Positions 41,008 to 51,258 are shown, counted from the stretch's first letter. The stretch is 64,000 nt of DNA from Candidatus Latescibacterota bacterium (GCA_963707635.1 OY970173.1:2603663-2667662); one strand, 5' to 3'. Notes: generated by a model not told the origin, from the sequence alone. Numbers and translations are program-made.

Positions 41008-43821
41008 ATGCGATCACTGCTGCTGGTTCTCCTGCTGACAGGCTTCTCCGCCGACGCCCGGGCCGCAGGAGTCGATCTCCAGGCCATGCGAACCGAACCG
41101 GCCCCGGGCCTGGGCGACTATGACGCCCCGTTCTGGCCGGACGGCGCCTACCGGACGGACGTCCAGTCTCCCTCGGACTTTCTCGGCTACCGGGTCGGCT
41201 CGAAGCCAGCCCCGCACGCCGACATCGTCCGTTACTACCAGTACCTGGACCAGTTTCCGACCGCGGAACTTCGCTCCTACGGCGAGACCTACGAGGGGCG
41301 ACCCCTCATCTATCTGATCGTCGCCTCCGAGACGAATGCGCCCCGTCTGGAGGAGATACGCAAGGCATGCCTCGAGCTCGCCGACCCGCGCCAGACCGGG
41401 AAGGTTCGCGAATTGATCGCGCGTACGCCGGCGGTCGCCTGGATGGCGTACGGCATCCATGGCGACGAGCTTTCGAGCGACGACGCCGCCCTCGAGCTGG
41501 CCTACCAGTTGGTGGCGGGCACCGACGCGACCACCCGGAAGATCCTCGACAACTGCGTAGTCATCATCGACCCGGCGGAGAATCCGGACGGCCGGTCACG
41601 GTGGCTCACCCAGCTCGAGCAGTGGAATGGCGTCATTCCGAGCTACGACGTACAGAGTATCTCCCACACCGGCGTATGGCCGTACGGGAGAACCAACCAC
41701 TACCTGTTCGACTTGAACCGCGACTGGTTCGCGCTCGTCCACCCCGAAACGCAGGGGAAGACGAAGGCGATCCTCGAGTGGATGCCGCACTACGTGCTCG
41801 ACTGCCACGAAATGGGGCCGCTCGACACCTACCTGTTCTCGCCGCCGCGGGAGCCGTTCAACCCGTACATGACCGGATACATCCACAAGTGGTGGGACCG
41901 CGTCGCGAAGAAGCACGCGGAGTACTTCGACCGTTTCGGCTGGAGCTACTACACCCGGGAGTGGAACGAGGAACTCTATCCGGGCTACGGCAGTTCGTGG
42001 AGCATCTACCTCGGCGCGGTGGGCATGCTGTTCGAGCAGGCCGGCGTCGACGGCTCTGTGGTCAAGCGTCCCGAGGGCAGTGTAATGAGCTACCGTGAAA
42101 CCGTGCACCACCAGTTCGTGGGCTCGATGGCGAACCTGCTCGCCGTCGCGGAGGGCCGGGAGGAACTGCTCACCGACTATCGCCGCCAGAAGGAGGAGAA
42201 TCTGCGCGCCCGCCCCGCCGCGTTCGTGTTCGCGGCGGGCGCGAACCGCACCCGCCTCGACCGGCTGGTGGAGAAACTCGAGCACCAGAAGATCGAGGTC
42301 GAGCGCGCCACCAAGCCGTTCAAGCTCTCGCGCGCCCGCGCGTGGGACGGGACCGAGGCGCGCAACCTCGAGATTCCGGCCGGCAGCGCCATCGTGCGCA
42401 CGAACCAGCCGCTCAAGCAACTCGTCGAGGCGATTCTCAGCTTCGACATCCGCATCCCGACGTCGTTTCTGGAGAGCGAGAAGAAAGAGATTCTCGCGCG
42501 CGACGACTCCCGTCTCTACGACGCCACCGGGTGGTCGCTTTCGCTGGCGTACGGACTCGAGGCCTACCAGGTGGACGGAGGGACCGGCGCCTCCACCGAG
42601 CCATACACGATCGTGCCCCGCACGGGCGGACTCTCGGGCGAAAACGCGAAGGTCGGGTTCGCCTTCGACGGTCGCGACGACCGCGCGTTCGAGCTCCTGG
42701 CGCGTCTCTTCGAGCACGACGTGAAGGTGTGGTGCGCCCGCAAACCGTTCGCCTCGGGCGGGGTCGTTTTTCCGCGGGGGAGCTTCCTCATCCGCCGCGC
42801 CGGCAATCCTTCGCTCGACGTGGCCGCGCTGCGCGCCCTCGCTGAGTCGGCCGGCGTGGACCTGGTCGGCGTGGACTTCGGGCTCGGCGCCGGTGACAAC
42901 GCCGACGCAGGCGGAAACGAGTTCGTGCTGCTGGCGCCGCCGCGGATCGCACTCGTCGCGGGCACCGGCATCAACTATTACGACTATGGCGCGATCTGGC
43001 ACCTGCTCGACAGCCGCCTGCGCATGCGTTCCACAACGCTCGATGTGTCGCGGGTCGGCGGGAGCGATCTCTCGAAGTACAACGTCATCGTCCTGCCGGA
43101 CGCCTGGGATGGGGTGGACGGTTACAAGGGGCGTCTCGGCGAGGGTGGGCTGGCGAAGCTAAAGTCGTGGGTCAACGCGGGCGGAACGCTCATCGGCGAG
43201 GACGCCGGCGCCGCGTTGCTCGCGGACACGTCGGTCGCCCTGTCTTCCGCGCGCCTGCGCGACCAGGTGCTCAAGGATCTGCCCAGGTACGTCGCGTCGC
43301 TCGCCGCATCACGGGATGCGATGGCACCCAAAGTCGACAGCCTGGCATTGTGGGAAAACCGCGCAGCCATAGCGAAGAAGGATGAGAAAGCGGCCGCGGA
43401 AAAAAAGGACGACGATCTCGACGCCCGCAAGCGAACCGACGAGATCGCCCGCAAGCTCGCGCCGCGCGGCGCCATCGTGGCGGTGGACGTGGACGTCGAA
43501 CACTGGCTCGGCTTCGGGTGCGGACCGGTGGTGCCGGCATTGCTCAACACCGATCGCGCGTTCGTGACCGAAACCACCCGGGTGCCGGGGCGATTCGCCC
43601 CACCCACCCGCCTGCGACTGTCCGGTCTCATGTGGGAAGAAGCGCGCGCGCGGTGGGGAGAGACCGTGTATGCGGCGCGTGACGGCTCGGGCAGCGGCCA
43701 GGTCATCCTGTTCGCGTCGCTCCCCAACTTCCGGGGCTACTACTACGGCGCGGAGCGCATGCTGCTCAACGCCCTCTTCCTCGGACCGGGGATGGGAACG
43801 GCGACGCGCGTGGAATGGTAG
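41008..43821 (+). CDS. secreted M14-family zinc carboxypeptidase-like protein (large, multidomain)
   Basis: Signal peptide MRSLLLVLLLTGFSADARA; ...AYGIHGDELSSDDAALELAYQL...IIDPAENPDG... M14 zinc-binding/core motif. Confidence 0.7.
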   Translation: MRSLLLVLLLTGFSADARAAGVDLQAMRTEPAPGLGDYDAPFWPDGAYRTDVQSPSDFLGYRVGSKPAPHADIVRYYQYLDQFPTAELRSYGETYEGRPLIYLIVASETNAPRLEEIRKACLELADPRQTGKVRELIARTPAVAWMAYGIHGDELSSDDAALELAYQLVAGTDATTRKILDNCVVIIDPAENPDGRSRWLTQLEQWNGVIPSYDVQSISHTGVWPYGRTNHYLFDLNRDWFALVHPETQGKTKAILEWMPHYVLDCHEMGPLDTYLFSPPREPFNPYMTGYIHKWWDRVAKKHAEYFDRFGWSYYTREWNEELYPGYGSSWSIYLGAVGMLFEQAGVDGSVVKRPEGSVMSYRETVHHQFVGSMANLLAVAEGREELLTDYRRQKEENLRARPAAFVFAAGANRTRLDRLVEKLEHQKIEVERATKPFKLSRARAWDGTEARNLEIPAGSAIVRTNQPLKQLVEAILSFDIRIPTSFLESEKKEILARDDSRLYDATGWSLSLAYGLEAYQVDGGTGASTEPYTIVPRTGGLSGENAKVGFAFDGRDDRAFELLARLFEHDVKVWCARKPFASGGVVFPRGSFLIRRAGNPSLDVAALRALAESAGVDLVGVDFGLGAGDNADAGGNEFVLLAPPRIALVAGTGINYYDYGAIWHLLDSRLRMRSTTLDVSRVGGSDLSKYNVIVLPDAWDGVDGYKGRLGEGGLAKLKSWVNAGGTLIGEDAGAALLADTSVALSSARLRDQVLKDLPRYVASLAASRDAMAPKVDSLALWENRAAIAKKDEKAAAEKKDDDLDARKRTDEIARKLAPRGAIVAVDVDVEHWLGFGCGPVVPALLNTDRAFVTETTRVPGRFAPPTRLRLSGLMWEEARARWGETVYAARDGSGSGQVILFASLPNFRGYYYGAERMLLNALFLGPGMGTATRVEW

Positions 43822-43910
43822 GCCCGGCGCTTCGCGTCTTCATCGTGTATACTTGTTGACCACGTGCCCAGGCTCCGGTGCCGGGCGCGTCGATCACCGC
43901 CCCGTAGTCC

Positions 43911-44534
43911 ATGCATTCGACCATGACGTCACTCCATGCTTTCCTGGCGGCTCTCGCATTCGCTGCGCCTGTCGCAGCCCAGACCCAGCCACCGGCGGCC
44001 GCGGCTCCCGAAGCCAGGTCGTCTGAAATACAGAAGTTGCAGAGCTTTCAGGGCATCGCGGGTCTCATGAATCTCGCGCGCGGATGCGTGCGCATCGTGG
44101 CGGTCGTCTCGCCCTCCGCCCCCGGAGCCGATGCGCAATTCGACACGATTCTCTCCGTCGTGCGAACGAATCCCAGCAAGCGGTTGCGCGCGTATGTCAT
44201 CCTGACTCCGGGGTCGGACACCGACACGCCGCTGCAGGCGACCCTCTTCGCCTCGAGGCATCCCGGCGAGCGGGTGGTCTATCTGTGGGATCCGACTGCG
44301 GGTGTCGCGAACCTCTGGAAGGAGTCGGTCGGCATCAAGGCTGCCGACATCCAACCGAGCTTCTATCTCTACGACACCGCCGCGAGCTTCACGCTGGCTC
44401 CGCCCACACCCGACGCGTGGGTCCACGGTAGCGGGGAGGCGCGGTTCGACGCCCGCGCATTCACCGATCGCGCGAGCGAACTGGTTCGCCGGGTCGAGTC
44501 CAAGGTCGCGGGGGCGTCGACCCGTACCCCATGA
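43911..44534 (+). CDS. secreted hypothetical protein
   Basis: Signal peptide ...MTSLHAFLAALAFAAPVAAQ; no recognisable motif; start could be ATG 43923. Confidence 0.5.
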   Translation: MHSTMTSLHAFLAALAFAAPVAAQTQPPAAAAPEARSSEIQKLQSFQGIAGLMNLARGCVRIVAVVSPSAPGADAQFDTILSVVRTNPSKRLRAYVILTPGSDTDTPLQATLFASRHPGERVVYLWDPTAGVANLWKESVGIKAADIQPSFYLYDTAASFTLAPPTPDAWVHGSGEARFDARAFTDRASELVRRVESKVAGASTRTP

Positions 44535-44558
44535 TCCTCCTTAATTCCTTGTGATTTC

Positions 44559-44588
44559 TTGACTTGAGATTTGTGATGCGGGTACAAT
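44559..44588 (+). promoter_or_regulatory. strong candidate sigma70 promoter for first LVIVD gene
   Basis: TTGACT-N18-TACAAT in a locally AT-richer stretch; GGAG RBS before ATG 44649. Confidence 0.5.
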
Positions 44589-44648
44589 CGGTGTACTTGC
44601 CGGCATGGTCCAGCCCCGCCCCGGGCCCCGACTCCAGGAGAACGTCTG

Positions 44649-46007
44649 ATGGCTTCGCGCATCGTCCCCTATCTGGCTCTCGCCGTTGCCCTGCTGACCG
44701 GCGCCACCCAGGCCGCGGCCGCAACGGGAGACATCACGCTCGTAGGCCACCTTAGCCTGCCCACGGCCGTCCGCATTACCAACGTCTGGGGCTACTACGA
44801 CTACGACACCGGCAAGGAGTACGCGCTGGTCGGTGACTGGTATACCGGGGTCTATGTCATCGACGTCAGCATTCCCGCCAACCCTATCGAAGTCACGAAG
44901 GTGCTCGGGGTACCCGGCTTCGATCTGAAGCCCTTCGGCCACTACCTGTACACCTGCAACGGCAACAACATCGGAAACACCTCGCGGATCATTGACTTGT
45001 CGAACCCGGCCTTCCCGGTGGTGCTGCCGAACACGTTTCATTCGTGCCACACCATATCGATTTCCACGCGCGGGGTGATGTACACGAACTATGTCGGGGT
45101 GCGCATCTATGATCTCGTCAACGATCCCACGCACCCGGACTCGCTCTTCTATATCCAGACCAACGCGGGGCACGATACCACGCCGCGCGGCGACCGCCTG
45201 TACGACTTCGCTGGCGCCATGATGAACATTTGGAACGTGTCCGACCCGTCGGCGCCAACGCTGATCGGGTCGGACGACAACCCCCTGGTCCAGTACTACC
45301 ATGGCGGGGACGAGTCGAAGGACCACGACTATCTCTACATGTGCGACGAATTCGCGGTGTCGCCGACGCCCGACATCGTGGTCTACGACATCTCGGACCC
45401 TTCGATTCCCACCCGGATCGGAAGCATCAACGACACGAGCTCGCGCGTTCACCAACTCTACGTGGTCGGCGACCTGATGTTCGTCGGGTACTATACGGCG
45501 GGGTTCAAGGTGTTCGACATCTCCAACCCGGGCAATCCCGTCCTGGCGGACGAGTTCGACACGTCGCCGTATCAGACCGAAACCAGCCCCGACGTCTACA
45601 GCGGCGCCTACAACGCGTACCCGTTTGCGCCGTCGGGAATCGTGTATGTGGCCGATCACCCGACCGGGCTCTATCTGTTTTCCGTCGAAGGCCACACCGG
45701 CCAGGTGACGGCGGCCCGGGAATCGCCGTCGACGGCGACGCTGTCCCAGAACTTCCCCAACCCGTTCAATCCCTCGACGACGATCGCATTCGAGCTCGTG
45801 CGCCGGGAGCACGTGATGCTGCGCGTCTACGACGTCCGCGGCGGCCTGGTACAGACGCTGGTCGACGAGACGCTCGCCGCAGGAGCGCACACCGCGCCGT
45901 GGTCCGGCCTCGATGCGTCCGGGCAGGCAGTTGCGTCTGGCGTCTACTACTACCAGCTCAACGCGGGACCCACCTCGCTGACCCGGCGCATGGTGCTCCT
46001 CAAGTAG
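44649..46007 (+). CDS. LVIVD-repeat beta-propeller protein (choice-of-anchor-B-like) with C-terminal T9SS type-A/FlgD-Ig sorting domain
   Basis: Signal peptide MASRIVPYLALAVALLTGATQAAA; LVIVD-like repeats (YVIDVS, IYDLV, VVYDIS, KVFDIS); C-terminus NFPNPFNPSTTIAFEL...VYDVRGG...GVYYYQL...TRRMVLLK. Confidence 0.75.
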   Translation: MASRIVPYLALAVALLTGATQAAAATGDITLVGHLSLPTAVRITNVWGYYDYDTGKEYALVGDWYTGVYVIDVSIPANPIEVTKVLGVPGFDLKPFGHYLYTCNGNNIGNTSRIIDLSNPAFPVVLPNTFHSCHTISISTRGVMYTNYVGVRIYDLVNDPTHPDSLFYIQTNAGHDTTPRGDRLYDFAGAMMNIWNVSDPSAPTLIGSDDNPLVQYYHGGDESKDHDYLYMCDEFAVSPTPDIVVYDISDPSIPTRIGSINDTSSRVHQLYVVGDLMFVGYYTAGFKVFDISNPGNPVLADEFDTSPYQTETSPDVYSGAYNAYPFAPSGIVYVADHPTGLYLFSVEGHTGQVTAARESPSTATLSQNFPNPFNPSTTIAFELVRREHVMLRVYDVRGGLVQTLVDETLAAGAHTAPWSGLDASGQAVASGVYYYQLNAGPTSLTRRMVLLK

Positions 46008-46049
46008 ACACGAAGGCCCGATGCGCGCGTGACCGCCGGGCGGACGGGG

Positions 46050-46078
46050 TTGCCCGATCGGCCCGGTTCGCGTAGAGT
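46050..46078 (+). promoter_or_regulatory. candidate sigma70 promoter for second LVIVD gene (near-leaderless)
   Basis: TTGCCC-N17-TAGAGT ending 9 nt before ATG 46088. Confidence 0.35.
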
Positions 46079-46087
46079 CGTGGCTAG

Positions 46088-47425
46088 ATGCCGAAAAAAG
46101 CCGCCGGATCCATCCCATTGATCGCCGCCTGCTGGCTCGCCGCGCTGGCGGGGACGCCGCGCGCCAGCGTGGACATCACCCTCGTCGGCCGCATGCACCT
46201 GCCGAACAGCCTTTTTGTGACCAACGTCGTCGGCTACGTAGATTCCGGGACGATGCGCGAGTACGCGATCCTGGGAGACGACCACGACCGGGTTTACATC
46301 GTGGACGTCACCGACCCGACCGCCCCACGGCTGGCGTCGCAGGTCTCCGGGGTGCCGGGGTTCGACGTCAAGACCTGGGATCACTACCTGTACACGTGCG
46401 ACGGCAACACCAGCGGCTTCGACAGCCGCATCGTCGACCTCGCCGACCCGGCAAATCCGCAGATTCTCCCCGACGGCTTTGCGTCGGCGCACACGCTGCA
46501 GGTCGCCGCGAACGGGATCCTCTTCGCCGAGTACCCGGGGCTTCGCCTCTACGACCTCGCGGCCCCCACGGCGCCGGTGCTTCTCTACCAAACCGGCGGG
46601 GAAGGCCACGACTCGACCCCGCGCGGCACGCGGCTGTACGACTTTCACGGCCGCGACGGAACCGTGATCTGGGATGTCAGCAACCCCTCGAACCCGGATA
46701 CGCTCGGGGTCGTCGACGACCCGGCGATTGTTTTCCACCACAGCGGTGACGTCACCCCCGACGAGCGCTTTCTCTATATCTGCGACGAGCTCATGACCGG
46801 CCCGGGCGCCGACATCTCGATCTGGGACATCGTGAGCGCGGCGGCGCCGGTTCGCGTGGGACAGATCGCGGACGCGAACTCCAGCGTGCACAACATCTAC
46901 ATCGTGGGCACCCTCGCCTACGTCGCCTACTACGCCGCCGGTTTCCGCGTGTACGACCTGACGGATCCCGTGCACCCGGTGCTCGCCGGCGCCTACGACA
47001 CCTCGAAGCGCTCCGGCGAGGGCTTCATCGGCGCCATCGGCGCCTACGCGTATTCGCCGAGCGGTAACATCTTCGTGTGCGACATCGAGAACGGGCTTTT
47101 CATTTTCTCGGTGACGCCCACCACCGCTTCGCCGGCCACGGGAGACGCGGGCTTCGTGCTCGAACAGAACGCGCCCAACCCGTTCAACCCGTCGACGCGG
47201 ATTCCGTTCGAGCTCACCAGCGGCGGGCGCGTCACGCTCGACGTCTACGACGTCCAGGGGCGCCGCGTGCGCCAGGTGCTGGACCGCGTTCTCCCGGCGG
47301 GCGCGCACGAAGCGGAATGGGACGGGCGCGACGACGCCGGCACGTCGGTGGCCTCCGGCGTCTACTTCTACCGCATGGCCTCGCTCACGCGGGTCGAGAC
47401 ACGACGCATGGTGTTGCTGAAGTAA
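46088..47425 (+). CDS. LVIVD-repeat beta-propeller protein, tandem paralog, with T9SS type-A/FlgD-Ig sorting domain
   Basis: About 45% identical to 44649..46007 over full length; C-terminus NAPNPFNPSTRIPFEL...VYDVQGRRV...GVYFYRM...TRRMVLLK. Confidence 0.75.
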   Translation: MPKKAAGSIPLIAACWLAALAGTPRASVDITLVGRMHLPNSLFVTNVVGYVDSGTMREYAILGDDHDRVYIVDVTDPTAPRLASQVSGVPGFDVKTWDHYLYTCDGNTSGFDSRIVDLADPANPQILPDGFASAHTLQVAANGILFAEYPGLRLYDLAAPTAPVLLYQTGGEGHDSTPRGTRLYDFHGRDGTVIWDVSNPSNPDTLGVVDDPAIVFHHSGDVTPDERFLYICDELMTGPGADISIWDIVSAAAPVRVGQIADANSSVHNIYIVGTLAYVAYYAAGFRVYDLTDPVHPVLAGAYDTSKRSGEGFIGAIGAYAYSPSGNIFVCDIENGLFIFSVTPTTASPATGDAGFVLEQNAPNPFNPSTRIPFELTSGGRVTLDVYDVQGRRVRQVLDRVLPAGAHEAEWDGRDDAGTSVASGVYFYRMASLTRVETRRMVLLK

Positions 47426-47441
47426 GAGCCCAATCGTGGCT

Positions 47442-47475
47442 GGGGAAGACGCGTCTTCCCCGGCAGCCGTTGTGA
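47442..47475 (+). terminator. rho-independent terminator after LVIVD paralog 2
   Basis: Perfect palindrome GGGGAAGACGCGTCTTCCCC followed by GCAGCCGUUGUGAUUG. Confidence 0.55.
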
Positions 47476-47512
47476 TTGCGCCCGCTCGCGCCTCCTGCTA
47501 TTCTCTCGCCCC

Positions 47513-48286
47513 GTGATCGAAGTACAGGACGTCTTCAAAACCTTCAAGCTCTCGCGCCAGCAGAAGCGGGAGATGGGGCACGCGTTTCAGGGCAGCACGG
47601 TTGACGCTGTCGCCGGCGTCTCCTTCACCTGCCGACCCGGGCGCATCTTCAGCCTGCTCGGCCCCAACGGGGCGGGCAAGACCACGACGCTGCGCATGAT
47701 CGCCACCATGATCCGGCCCACCGCGGGAACGATCCGCGTCGCCGGACACGAGGCGGCGCACCACCCCGAGAAGGTGCGCGCATCGCTCGGGTTCATGACC
47801 AATTCGACGCAGCTCTACGACCGCCTGACCCCGAACGAACTGGTGCGCTACTACGCGACCCTCCACGGCGTGCACGCCGACGACTTCCGGAAACGGCGCG
47901 ACGAGATCTTCGCGGCGCTCGACATGGGGGGCTTTGCGGACCGGCGCATCGGCAAGCTTTCCACCGGCATGAAGCAGAAGGTGTCGATCGCCCGGACCAT
48001 GATCCACGACCCCAGCGTGCTCGTGCTGGATGAAGCGACGGCCGGCCTCGACGTGCTGGCCTCCCGCGCCATCGTCGACCTGATCCGCCACGCGCGCGAT
48101 CGCGGCAAGACGGTCCTGTTCTCGACCCACCGCATGGGCGAGGTCGGGCAGCTGTCCGACGACGTCGCGCTCATCCACCGCGGCCACCTCCTGTTCAACG
48201 GCACCCACGATCAATTCACGGCGGAAATGCAGGCGCCCTCGGTGGAGGACGAATTCATCCGGCGGATCGAGGCGGCAGACAAATGA
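47513..48286 (+). CDS. ABC transporter ATP-binding protein (ABC-2/NatA-like exporter)
   Basis: Walker A GPNGAGKTT, signature LSTGMKQKVSIA, Walker B VLVLDEATAGLD; GTG start. Confidence 0.85.
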   Translation: MIEVQDVFKTFKLSRQQKREMGHAFQGSTVDAVAGVSFTCRPGRIFSLLGPNGAGKTTTLRMIATMIRPTAGTIRVAGHEAAHHPEKVRASLGFMTNSTQLYDRLTPNELVRYYATLHGVHADDFRKRRDEIFAALDMGGFADRRIGKLSTGMKQKVSIARTMIHDPSVLVLDEATAGLDVLASRAIVDLIRHARDRGKTVLFSTHRMGEVGQLSDDVALIHRGHLLFNGTHDQFTAEMQAPSVEDEFIRRIEAADK

Positions 48287-49473
48287 GAACCGTCGTTACC
48301 GTATTTCGCAAGGAGATGGTCGACACCCTGCGCGACCGGCGCACGCTCATGTTCATGATCGTGATCCCACTGCTCGTGTTTCCCACGTTGTTCCGCGTCA
48401 TGTTCGCGGTGCAGCGCAACCAGGCCGAGAAGGCGCAGTCGAAGAACCTGCGCGTCGTGTGCATCGACGGCACCGCGGGCCGCTTCGTGCGGATGCTGGA
48501 GGAGCGCGACGACATCACGCTGGTGCCGGGCGTGCCCGGCGACAGCGTGGCCGCCATGATCCGCGCCGACAGCCTGGACGGGGCGTTCGTGTTCTCGGCC
48601 ACCTTCGCCGACGACGTGGCCGAGATGAAGCCGGCGCGCGTCGACTTCTACTACAAGTCGGCCGACGACTCGCCGATCATTCGCGACCGGCTGCGCGCCA
48701 TCGCCGACCAGTTCGAAGAGCAGCTCCTCGACGAACGGTTCCAGCGCCTGGAGTTCGACCGGTCGATCGTCGACGCGGTGGATCTGGAGACCCACAACGT
48801 GGCCAGCATGCAGGAACAGGTCGGCCGGACCATCGGCGGGATGCTCCCCTACATGTTCATCATCTTCTGTTTCATCGGGGCGATGTATCCGGCCATCGAC
48901 CTCGGCGCGGGTGAAAAAGAGCGCGGCACGATGGAGACCCTGCTCACCGCGCCGGTGAATCGCTTTCACATCCTGCTGGGAAAATTCGGCGTGGTGGTGC
49001 TCTCCGGCCTGCTCTCCGCGGCGGTGTCGATGATCGGTCTGTTCGTCGCCTTCAAGCAGTCGAAGGAGATCCCGCCCGAATTCCTGGCCGTGATCGTGAA
49101 GATCCTCGGCTGGGATACGATCGTGCTGGTGTTGAGCCTGTTGATTCCGCTCACCATCTTCTTCGCGGGAGTGCTGCTCTCGGTATCGCTCGCTGCGCGA
49201 TCGTTCAAGGAAGCCCAGAGCATGATCTCGCCGCTCAACATCGCGGTGATCCTGCCGGCGGCGATCGGGATGATTCCCGGCGTCAACATGACCTATGCCA
49301 CCGCGGTGATTCCGATCCTGAACGTGTCGCTCGCGACCAAGGAGATCATCGCCGGCACCATCCGCACCCCGCACCTCGTGCTGGTGTACGTGTCGCTGAT
49401 CACGCTGGCTATCGCGAGCCTGTGGGGTTCGGCGTGGTGGTTCCGGCGCGAGTCCACGATCTTTCGGTCGTGA
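48283..49473 (+). CDS. ABC-2 type transporter permease (NatB-like)
   Basis: Start overlaps ATPase stop (ATGA); N-terminal TM, large extracytoplasmic loop, 5 C-terminal TM helices. Confidence 0.75.
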   Translation: MRTVVTVFRKEMVDTLRDRRTLMFMIVIPLLVFPTLFRVMFAVQRNQAEKAQSKNLRVVCIDGTAGRFVRMLEERDDITLVPGVPGDSVAAMIRADSLDGAFVFSATFADDVAEMKPARVDFYYKSADDSPIIRDRLRAIADQFEEQLLDERFQRLEFDRSIVDAVDLETHNVASMQEQVGRTIGGMLPYMFIIFCFIGAMYPAIDLGAGEKERGTMETLLTAPVNRFHILLGKFGVVVLSGLLSAAVSMIGLFVAFKQSKEIPPEFLAVIVKILGWDTIVLVLSLLIPLTIFFAGVLLSVSLAARSFKEAQSMISPLNIAVILPAAIGMIPGVNMTYATAVIPILNVSLATKEIIAGTIRTPHLVLVYVSLITLAIASLWGSAWWFRRESTIFRS

Positions 49474-50143
49474 CCGCGGGTCGCAGCATGAAGCTGGTCG
49501 CAGGGTACGCGCCCCGCCACTGTGCCCACGATTGCACTGCGGACGGCCGCTCGGACAGCGTCGCCTGGAAGAGGCGTCCGGAGATGCAGGTGAGCCTCGT
49601 CTCGCCGGCGAGTCGGTACCAGAGGCTCTCGGTCTCGTAGTCGAAGAGCACCGACTGGTCGTCGTAGACCCATCCGCTCGCCGATAGCGTGAGCACCGTG
49701 CCGGCAACGACGCGCGAATGGATCGACGGAGCGCCCAGGAGCGGGCGGTGGACGACGGCGATCGCTTCTCCGCCCACCACGTCGTCGACCAGTTCGGCGC
49801 CGAGGAGGTCGTCGAGGCGATAGGCGCGCGCTTCTCCGGAGAACGTCCCTCCGATCACCGGGAAGGCGTCGTCGGATGCCGGGTAGCCCGAATCGGACGG
49901 CGTCGCGACCGGCGGCGTCAGGAACGGGACCACCGCGAAGGCGCCCAGGCCGTATGCGAATCGCGCCGGGTCGAACCCGTAGCGGGACACCGCCTGGGTG
50001 ATGTCCCAGTGCCTGCCGTCGAGGTCGATGATGGCGACGCGTTCGACCGGGGTTTCACGCACAGTGGTGTCCGACAGCTCGCACGCCGTCGCCGCGAACA
50101 CGCAGGACAGGAACACCCACCATGCCGGTTGCTTCACTCGCAT
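49409..50143 (-). CDS. DUF3179-like lipoprotein/secreted protein
   Basis: MRVKQPAWWVFLSCVFAATAC signal/lipobox-like; 3' end overlaps permease by 65 nt (C-terminal extent uncertain). Confidence 0.5.
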   Translation of the reverse strand: MRVKQPAWWVFLSCVFAATACELSDTTVRETPVERVAIIDLDGRHWDITQAVSRYGFDPARFAYGLGAFAVVPFLTPPVATPSDSGYPASDDAFPVIGGTFSGEARAYRLDDLLGAELVDDVVGGEAIAVVHRPLLGAPSIHSRVVAGTVLTLSASGWVYDDQSVLFDYETESLWYRLAGETRLTCISGRLFQATLSERPSAVQSWAQWRGAYPATSFMLRPAVTTERSWTRAGTTTPNPTGSR

Positions 50144-51258
50144 CGCGCAAACCTCGTGACCAGAGGATAACGAAAAACCTGCTCCGCTGGTACGCCGGTT
50201 CGCAGCGCGACCTGCCGTGGCGTCGCTCGCGCGACGCGTATCGCGTCTGGGTATCCGAGGTCATGCTGCAGCAGACGCAGGTCGCGACCGTCATCCCTTA
50301 CTACCGTCGCTTCGTGGAGCGCTTCCCCGACGTGGCCGCGCTGGCCGCCGCTCCCATCGACGACGTGCTCAAACAGTGGGAGGGGCTCGGCTACTACGCG
50401 CGCGCTCGCAATCTCCACGCCGCCGCGCGCGAATTGCTCCGCACGCACGGCGGCCGCATCCCGGGCGACCCGGGCGCATTTCGAAAACTCCCCGGCGTGG
50501 GCGACTATATCGCCGCCGCCGTGATGAGCATCGCGTTCGGACAGCCGCTGGCGGTGGCGGACGGCAATGTGAAGCGAGTCGTCGCCCGCCTCGACGCCCT
50601 CGGTGAGAACATGGACCGCCCGGCCGGCGCTCGGGTGGTGCTGGAGCGGGCGCAGCACCTGCTCCACCAGAACGACCCGGGCGCCTTCAACCAGGCGATG
50701 ATGGAACTCGGCGCGCTCGTGTGCCGTCCGCTGAATCCGGATTGCGGCGCGTGCCCGGTTCGCAACCAGTGCGCGGCACGGCGCGAAGGCGACCCGTCCC
50801 GCTACCCGGTACGCTCGCCGCGGCGGGAGATCCCCGCCGCGCGCATCGCGGTCGGCATCGTCAGCCGGAGGGGGCGCGTGCTGATCACACGGCGCCCCGA
50901 ATCCGGCTTGCTGGGTGGATTGTGGGAGTTCCCCGGGGGCAAGGTGGCGAAGGGCGAATCGCCGGCGCGCGCGTGCGCGCGCGAGATCCGCGAGGAAGTC
51001 AGCCTGGAGGTGGAAGTCGGCGAGCGCATCGCGCGCGTGCAACACGCCTACTCGCACCTGAAGGTGGAGATCGAGGTGTTCGCCTGTCGCTATCGCGCCG
51101 GCGACGTCGTGCTCGACGGGCCGGTCGACTACCGATGGATTCGCCCGGACGAAACCGACGAGTACGCATTCCCGCGCGCGAATCACAAGTTCATGGCGGA
51201 AGTGAAAAAAGCGCTCGCGCCGCGGCGGCGCAGAGAGAAGCCGCGGCGGCCGGCTTGA
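50122..51258 (+). CDS. mutY: A/G-specific adenine DNA glycosylase with C-terminal NUDIX-like domain
   Basis: HhH-GPD (LPGVGDYIAAAVMSIAFG), [4Fe-4S] CRPLNPDCGACPVRNQC motif, NUDIX-like GLWEFPGGKV. Confidence 0.85.
   Translation: MPVASLASRKPRDQRITKNLLRWYAGSQRDLPWRRSRDAYRVWVSEVMLQQTQVATVIPYYRRFVERFPDVAALAAAPIDDVLKQWEGLGYYARARNLHAAARELLRTHGGRIPGDPGAFRKLPGVGDYIAAAVMSIAFGQPLAVADGNVKRVVARLDALGENMDRPAGARVVLERAQHLLHQNDPGAFNQAMMELGALVCRPLNPDCGACPVRNQCAARREGDPSRYPVRSPRREIPAARIAVGIVSRRGRVLITRRPESGLLGGLWEFPGGKVAKGESPARACAREIREEVSLEVEVGERIARVQHAYSHLKVEIEVFACRYRAGDVVLDGPVDYRWIRPDETDEYAFPRANHKFMAEVKKALAPRRRREKPRRPA

Noticed and set aside
44541-47308. 525-aa and 452-aa minus-strand ORFs opposite the LVIVD paralogs
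   Set aside because: These are antisense shadows of two paralogous, motif-bearing + strand genes.
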